This document shows, one piece after another, positions 26,563 through 32,000 of a stretch of 32,000 nt of DNA; the first letter of the stretch is position 1; every line of letters starts with the position of its first letter. The stretch lies in contig CAWFLZ010000010.1 in the NCBI GenBank assembly GCA_963816705.1, positions 301,764-333,763 of the forward strand, read 5' to 3'. Source of the DNA: an uncultured Acidobacteriaceae bacterium. GTDB lineage: Bacteria; Acidobacteriota; Terriglobia; Terriglobales; Acidobacteriaceae. Made by a program: the position numbers and the translations under genes. The notes beneath the pieces are model-generated. The model did not search any database. It saw only the letters and a program-made list of their open reading frames with translations, and was not told the origin of the DNA.

Positions 26563-28332
26563 CTACGGCAAGGATTGCACTCGCTGCAACTCGCTACGAG
26601 CCACGGCATTTTCCGGGTGATAGGTGACTTCGGCCTGGTATTCGGCGATGGCCAGTTTCTCGAGGCCCCGGGCTTCAAGGATTTTGGCCCGAACGAAGTG
26701 GAAGCCGGGAGAGCGCGGCGCTCTCTGGAGGGCCAGTTCGGCGCTCTCCGACGCTTGGGCCAATTCTCCCTGTTCCATTTGGGCGCGGGCGAGAAAGATG
26801 AACTCGTCCGGATCGCGATCGTCGATTCGAATTGCGCGAGTCAGATAGTTCTCGGCCTCGGCGAATCTGCCTACGCGGTAGTAGGTATAGCCCAGATTGT
26901 AATTCGAGGACCAGAAGCGCGGGTTCCGCTGGAGAACGCTCAAGTAGAGAGGGATCGCGCTGTCGTAATGGCCCAAGTCGAACAGTTCATTCGCGAGATT
27001 GTCCTTCACGATGAGGTTTTGGGGAGCGGACTTGATTCCGTTCGAGTAGAGCAGAATGTTGTTCGCCCACTGCAACTGATAGCTGATGGCGGCAACTAAG
27101 GCGGCTGCGGACAGAGTCGCTACCATGGCCCACTTTACGACCGAAATCGACCCCGGCCTTTGCGCAGTTGAGATTTGTTCGATCGCCAGGGAGATGAGAA
27201 GCACGATCCCGAATGAAGGAAGGTAAAGAAAACGATCGTGCACAAAATTGTCGGAAGCCACCGCGCGCAGATACAGAGTGGGCAGGATTGGCAGCGCTGT
27301 CCACAAGAGCGCGAAAAAACCAAGACCGCGGCTGGAGAGTCTCAAAATCCCGTACGAGGCCGCCAGCATGGCAACCAGCAAAAAAATGGCAGGCAGCAGG
27401 AAATTTTCGAAGGTGGGCTTGGTGACGTAGGCCAAAGAGTAGAACTCACTCGAAGACAATGGAAGCAGCAGATGTTTCAAGTCGAACCAGATCACCGAAG
27501 GCCAGGTAAAGAACATCGTTGTCCAGGGCAGAGGCGTGATGGGGCTGGCCAGGCCGTGCAGCATCAGGACTCGGAAGGCCAGATACGCCCCGAGGACGAT
27601 GAAATACGGGATTGAGACCCACGTTTCCCTCCACGCCGATTTCATGCTCGCCTTCCCAAACGTGAGCGGTGAAGGCACGGTCAGCGCAAAACCGAGAATC
27701 AGAAGTGGGAAGACGGCGGCGGTTTCCTTAGACAACAGCGCCAGCGCGAACAACAGCAGGGAGAGTCCTATCCACATGGTTGTTCTGTCGTGCTCGCGAA
27801 ACTTCAGATAGGCGAGAAAGCTGCCGAGCAGCAAAGCCGACATCAGCAGATCGTTGACGGAGGAGAGCCAGGCCACGTTTTCGGCGTGCGCTGGATGCAG
27901 TCCAAAGAGAAGGCCCGCAATTGCCGCCGTGGCGCGATGGTTGGTGAGTTTTCTGACGACCGCAAAAACAAGGCACGTTGTCAAAACATGGCAGGCCAGC
28001 ATGGCAAAGTGCCATCCTGCCGGGTTCAAACCGAAGCAAACGTAATTCAGACGCAACCACAGCAACGTGATCGGCCGGTAAAAGGTGCCGCCGGTTGCAA
28101 TCCCATGGGCGGTTACGAACTGGGGGATGAAGTAGTGCGAGAGGGACCCCCAGGATCGAATGGTGGTGTTATCGACGATGACCGGCTTGTCGTCATAAAC
28201 AAAGCCGAAGGCGAGCGTCCCCAGGTAAGCCAGAGCCGTAACCGTGCAGACCAGCGATTCCATCACCCCGTTCTTGTCGAGGAACTGCCTGACGGACCAA
28301 GGGTCGTCCAATTCTCCATTGGGTGGCTGCAC
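26563..28332 (-). CDS. Multi-pass membrane protein with C-terminal TPRs (TMTC-like / GT-C-fold glycosyltransferase-like)
   Basis: FHPVHAENVAWLSS-type motif (LFGLHPAHAENVAWLSSVNDLLMSALLLGSFLAYLKFRE), many transmembrane helices, TPR tail (SSNYNLGYTYYRVGRFAEAENYLTRAIRIDDRDPDEF). Confidence 0.85.
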   Translation of the reverse strand: MQPPNGELDDPWSVRQFLDKNGVMESLVCTVTALAYLGTLAFGFVYDDKPVIVDNTTIRSWGSLSHYFIPQFVTAHGIATGGTFYRPITLLWLRLNYVCFGLNPAGWHFAMLACHVLTTCLVFAVVRKLTNHRATAAIAGLLFGLHPAHAENVAWLSSVNDLLMSALLLGSFLAYLKFREHDRTTMWIGLSLLLFALALLSKETAAVFPLLILGFALTVPSPLTFGKASMKSAWRETWVSIPYFIVLGAYLAFRVLMLHGLASPITPLPWTTMFFTWPSVIWFDLKHLLLPLSSSEFYSLAYVTKPTFENFLLPAIFLLVAMLAASYGILRLSSRGLGFFALLWTALPILPTLYLRAVASDNFVHDRFLYLPSFGIVLLISLAIEQISTAQRPGSISVVKWAMVATLSAAALVAAISYQLQWANNILLYSNGIKSAPQNLIVKDNLANELFDLGHYDSAIPLYLSVLQRNPRFWSSNYNLGYTYYRVGRFAEAENYLTRAIRIDDRDPDEFIFLARAQMEQGELAQASESAELALQRAPRSPGFHFVRAKILEARGLEKLAIAEYQAEVTYHPENAVARSELQRVQSLP

Positions 28333-28589
28333 AAGATCGAGTATAGGGGGAGGATTTCTGGCTCTTGATTTCGAAAACGGCCAGCGGGTTACATCGGTAC
28401 CCTATTCACTGACGTTTAGTGCATGGATTTCCCGAATTTTGCTAGCCCCTCCGAGTACATGCCCGCATGATACCTACCTTCGTTACTGCCCTGTCCCTAG
28501 ACTGGAAAAGCAGTTCTCAGTTCTCAGAAAACCGGCAACCCTTTGGAGTTTGATTTTTCGTCTGAGAACTGGGAACCGGGAACTCGTTA

Positions 28590-29192
28590 TCACCCTTTCC
28601 ATGTGTAGGCATCCGGCTGCGGGAGGCCGATGTGGGCTAGGACGCGATTGGCGAATTCCTGGGCCATGGCATCGGCGCTGGGCGGGTGGTTATAGAAGGT
28701 GGGAATCAGCGGAAAGATCGTCGCTCCAGCGTCGGCGGCGAGCGACATGTTGCGGATGTGGACCTTGTTGAGCGGCGCCTCGCGCACGCAGAGAACTAAA
28801 GGCCGGCGCTCTTTGAGTGACACATCGGCGGCGCGCTCGATGAGTTGCGAAGCGATGCCGTTGGCGATGCGCGCCAGTGTGCCGACGCTGCATGGGATGA
28901 CGATCATGGCGTCGGATGGATATGACCCGCTGGCGACGTTGGCACCGATGTCGGCGTTCGACTGCTGCTGAATTTTTGTGGAAGGCGTGCCGATGATTTG
29001 ACGTATGAGGTCGGAGCGGCCTTCGATGGCAAGTTCTTCGGCGAGGACGCGCAGGGCGCTGTCGGAGGCGATGAAGTTGGCAGTTTTTACGCGCGGGTCG
29101 CGTTCGACGGTGAGCAGAAAGTGCTTAAGAAACAGCGACCCACTGGCGCCGGTGGTGGCGATGGTGAGATTTTCCGGCGGCAATACAGTCAC
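28590..29192 (-). CDS. ubiX: Flavin prenyltransferase UbiX family
   Basis: LTIATTGASGSLFLKHFLLTVE, MIVIPCSVGTLARIANGIASQLIERAADVSLKERRPLVLCVREAPLNKVHIRNMSLAADAGATIFPLIPTFYNHP. Confidence 0.92.
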   Translation of the reverse strand: MTVLPPENLTIATTGASGSLFLKHFLLTVERDPRVKTANFIASDSALRVLAEELAIEGRSDLIRQIIGTPSTKIQQQSNADIGANVASGSYPSDAMIVIPCSVGTLARIANGIASQLIERAADVSLKERRPLVLCVREAPLNKVHIRNMSLAADAGATIFPLIPTFYNHPPSADAMAQEFANRVLAHIGLPQPDAYTWKG

Positions 29193-29340
29193 GGTTGGCG
29201 CTCCCTAGGGTAAGAACAAGCAGACGGACTCGAAACGTTTTGAGCATAGGGATGCATCCAACGCAAGTCAAGGACGAGAGGCAGAGCAGTTAGCACAGCG
29301 GCTGAACTTTTGATGGCGACTTTTTGACGCGAGCGATTTA

Positions 29341-31020
29341 ATGGCAACGACCGGCATCCTACGATCGCGACGCAGCGTGGCTCAACTCCACGCGGTGGCT
29401 GGCGTGGAGCGTGAGATACGCGCCAATGACAATTCTTTTGCGCACAAGTACGTGCGCGACTTCCGTCACGCTTTCCGTTCGTATCAGAAGGTTCTATCCG
29501 CCGAGGATGTCGGCGAGAAAATGGGCGAGGCCGGAATTGCGCTGATCGGCGACTACCACGCGCTCCCTACGTCCCAACGGTACCTCGCCTCGCTGCTTCG
29601 TGCGCCCGCGTTGCATGACCGTGCGCTCGTGCTCGGAGTAGAAACGATTTTTGCCCGCGACCAGCACATCGTCGACGAATGGCTGCGCGGAGAGATCGAC
29701 GAGCGTGAGCTTCGGCAGCGCATTCGTTTCGATCTCGATTGGGGATACGACTGGGCGCCTTTCTTTGATGTTCTCTCGGCGGCGCGCGAGCAGGGCGCGC
29801 CGATTTACGGGCTCGATTGCATGCCGCGCGAGGACTTGCGCAAGATTGGCGCGCGCGACCGGCATGCGGCCGACAAGATTGCCGAGATGCGGCACGCGCA
29901 TCCGGATGCGCTGATCTTCGTGCTGTTTGGCGAGTCGCATCTTGCGCCGCAGCATTTGCCGGCGTGTTTGGCTGAGCGCCTGAAGGACAGCGGGCTTGCG
30001 GCAGATCAAGCTGCGCGGCGCGTGCTGACGGTTTTGCAGAATGTAGATTCGCTTTACTGGCGGGCCGCGGGCGAGGCCTGCGATCGGGTCGAGGCGGTGG
30101 AAGTCAGCCGCGACATCGTCTGCGTGTTTAATGCGACGCCGCTGGAAAAATACGAGAATTACCGGCTGTGTCTCGACCGCTGGGGACGCGGCGATGACAG
30201 CGGGCCGGACCTTGGGCCGACGCTCTATAACCTGATCGACGGGCTGGTGCGTTTTCTCGGCATCAATCAGTATTCGTCGCACAATTCTACGCAGCCGCGG
30301 CTGCTGGTCGATCTGATGCCGGAAGTCTACTCGCGCAGCTCCGACGCGCTGCTGCGCCGGCTGCTTTCGCGCAAGGGATTTTCGGCGGCGCAGAAACGGG
30401 CGATGCTGCACCGGGTCAGCGAACGCGGCGGGGCATATCTGGCTACGCTGAACGCGTTTTACGTTCGCAAGTTTGACATGACTTCAGCGACCGAGGATGC
30501 CGCGCGCTTCCTGCATCATGCTTGCCGGGGATTGCCGGATCGCGTGAATGGAAGGCATCATTCGCCGCGCGGTGCGCAGGATGCTTTTTTTGCGGCGGCG
30601 CTGGAACATGCGCTGGCTTGCTTCGGGTCGCGCGTGCTGCACCCGGCGGGCGCGCCGTTTCGTGACGCAGACCTGGAAGAACTGCACGAGCTGACGTGCG
30701 AAGATCTGGAGCGGCAGACCTCGCTCAAATTTCCGGATGTGGTCGAAGTACTCGAGTTCCTCTCGTGGTATCGGCGATCGGCGCGGGGGAATTTATTGCA
30801 GCATGCGAGCGCCGACTGGACGCGCGCACTCGCCTTCACCGGACGGAAGTGGGAGTACGCGACGGAACGCCTGGGATGTCTGCTAGGAAACGACTTGTAC
30901 GACGCCTATCTCGAAGGGCGGCTCGGTCCTCCTGCGGTGCGGCGCTTGTTCCTGGCGCATCTGGAAGAGCCGGGCGCGGCGAGCGAAGTTTACGCAAACC
31001 TGAGCGCACGTCTGCGGTAA
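29341..31020 (+). CDS. ChaN family / heme-binding uptake-like domain protein
   Basis: GIALIGDYHALPTSQRYLASLLR...RALVLGVETIFARDQHIVDEWLRGEIDERELRQRIRFDLDWGYDWAPFFDVLSAAREQGAPIYGLDC...VLFGESHLAPQHLPACL. Confidence 0.8.
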   Translation: MATTGILRSRRSVAQLHAVAGVEREIRANDNSFAHKYVRDFRHAFRSYQKVLSAEDVGEKMGEAGIALIGDYHALPTSQRYLASLLRAPALHDRALVLGVETIFARDQHIVDEWLRGEIDERELRQRIRFDLDWGYDWAPFFDVLSAAREQGAPIYGLDCMPREDLRKIGARDRHAADKIAEMRHAHPDALIFVLFGESHLAPQHLPACLAERLKDSGLAADQAARRVLTVLQNVDSLYWRAAGEACDRVEAVEVSRDIVCVFNATPLEKYENYRLCLDRWGRGDDSGPDLGPTLYNLIDGLVRFLGINQYSSHNSTQPRLLVDLMPEVYSRSSDALLRRLLSRKGFSAAQKRAMLHRVSERGGAYLATLNAFYVRKFDMTSATEDAARFLHHACRGLPDRVNGRHHSPRGAQDAFFAAALEHALACFGSRVLHPAGAPFRDADLEELHELTCEDLERQTSLKFPDVVEVLEFLSWYRRSARGNLLQHASADWTRALAFTGRKWEYATERLGCLLGNDLYDAYLEGRLGPPAVRRLFLAHLEEPGAASEVYANLSARLR

Positions 31021-31110
31021 CTCGCCCGCGGTCACGCCTCTGCGCTAACTTTTCTGCGCTAACTTCGGCTTCTGCTATCCTGCCTTGTTCATTGTTCTTT
31101 GTTCTTGCCC

Positions 31111-32000
31111 ATGTCCGAAGATTCTCCACTTGAGAGGCAGACGCCCGATGCGCTGATGCTGTTTGGCTTCTGGTATCGCGCGCTGCCGAGCGATGCGGTC
31201 AAGGGCGGCGAACTGTTTTCGACCATGCTGCTCGAACAACCGCTGGTGGTTGGCCGCGACCAGCAGGGACGGACGTTTTCGCTGCGGGATGCTTGTCCGC
31301 ATCGCGGCATGCCGCTTTCGTGCGGCCGCTTTGACGCGGGCGAGATCGAGTGCTCGTATCATGGCTGGCGATTCGAGCCGCACTCGGGACAGTGCACCGC
31401 GGTGCCTTCGCTGGTCGCGGATCAGAAGCTCAAGGTCGATCGCATTTATGCCGGCAGTTATCCCTGCGAAGAGCGCGATGATTTTATCTGGGTGTTCGTT
31501 CCTGACCCGGGGCCCGCGGGCGCGGGGTTCACGAAGGCCGCGCCTGCTCCGGCGCCCGCGCCGGAGATTCCTAAATTCAGCGAGAGTTACAAGCTGGCAT
31601 ATCTCACTGCCGATCTGCCGTGCTCGGTCGATCATGGAATTATCGGGCTGATGGATCCGGCGCATGGGCCGTTCGTTCATCAGGCTTGGTGGTGGCGTTC
31701 GCGGCATTCGATTCATGAGAAGCAAAAGAATTTTGAGCCGATACCTTATGGCTTCCGCATGAGCGCGCATACGCCGAGTTCAAACAGCGCGCCCTACAAG
31801 CTTTTACGGCTCTATGCGAAGGCAGATTCAATCACGACGACGATTGATTTCGTGCTGCCGAATATGCGGTCGGAGGTCATTCGCGCGGGCAAGTACTGGT
31901 TTTCAAGCCTGACGACGGTGACGCCGATTACGCGCAATCGATGCCGCATTGACGTGGTGGCGGCGTGGAATCTTTTTCGGTGGATGCCGTTTGGGGCCGA
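31111..32000 (+). CDS. Rieske [2Fe-2S] aromatic ring-hydroxylating oxygenase large-subunit-like protein, incomplete at the right edge
   Basis: Hand-translated from ATG 31111: MSEDSPLERQTPDALMLFGFWYRALPSDAV...DACPHRGMPLSCGRFDAGEIECSYHGWRFEP, with C-x-H-x16-C-x2-H. No stop before 32000, and absent from the supplied ORF track. Confidence 0.88.
   Translation, partial: MSEDSPLERQTPDALMLFGFWYRALPSDAVKGGELFSTMLLEQPLVVGRDQQGRTFSLRDACPHRGMPLSCGRFDAGEIECSYHGWRFEPHSGQCTAVPSLVADQKLKVDRIYAGSYPCEERDDFIWVFVPDPGPAGAGFTKAAPAPAPAPEIPKFSESYKLAYLTADLPCSVDHGIIGLMDPAHGPFVHQAWWWRSRHSIHEKQKNFEPIPYGFRMSAHTPSSNSAPYKLLRLYAKADSITTTIDFVLPNMRSEVIRAGKYWFSSLTTVTPITRNRCRIDVVAAWNLFRWMPFGA

Noticed and set aside
29494-30411. 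305-aa minus-strand ORF opposite the ChaN-like gene.
   Set aside because: High-GC antisense shadow ORF; the plus-strand protein has clear family motifs over the same region.
31036-31068. Short direct repeat CTGCGCTAACTT (two copies) upstream of the Rieske gene.
   Set aside because: Too short and too close to common composition to claim a regulatory role without conservation data.

Overview
32 kb of GC-rich bacterial DNA, probably Acidobacteriota (inferred from gene content and architecture; not tested). Most of it is chromosomal metabolism and stress genes. Best-supported features: a Tes/GDGT-MAS-like radical SAM protein in an apparent operon with a non-canonical Lgt-family protein and a small membrane protein; a YncE-like beta-propeller/phosphoesterase fusion; a class II photolyase-tspO-DUF2867 SDR operon; a fasciclin gene and an XRE-cupin regulator; TPR, Nudix, TetR and PQQ-propeller genes; an IS1182-family element next to a truncated DinB fragment; a VapBC-like pair; a TMTC-like TPR/membrane protein; ubiX; a ChaN-family protein; and a Rieske oxygenase running off the right edge. 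The most interesting items are (1) the Tes-like plus Lgt-like operon, a candidate membrane-spanning or ether lipid module; (2) a compact minus-strand transcription unit at about 26.1-26.4 kb with promoter, near-perfect Shine-Dalgarno, tiny ORF with an in-frame TAG continuation, and hairpin; (3) a 144-bp MITE-like element with a 6-bp target duplication; (4) at least six single-base frameshift lesions in five otherwise conserved-looking genes; and (5) a head-to-head pair of unknown membrane proteins between an IS and a toxin-antitoxin pair. No CRISPR array, rRNA or tRNA was recognised.
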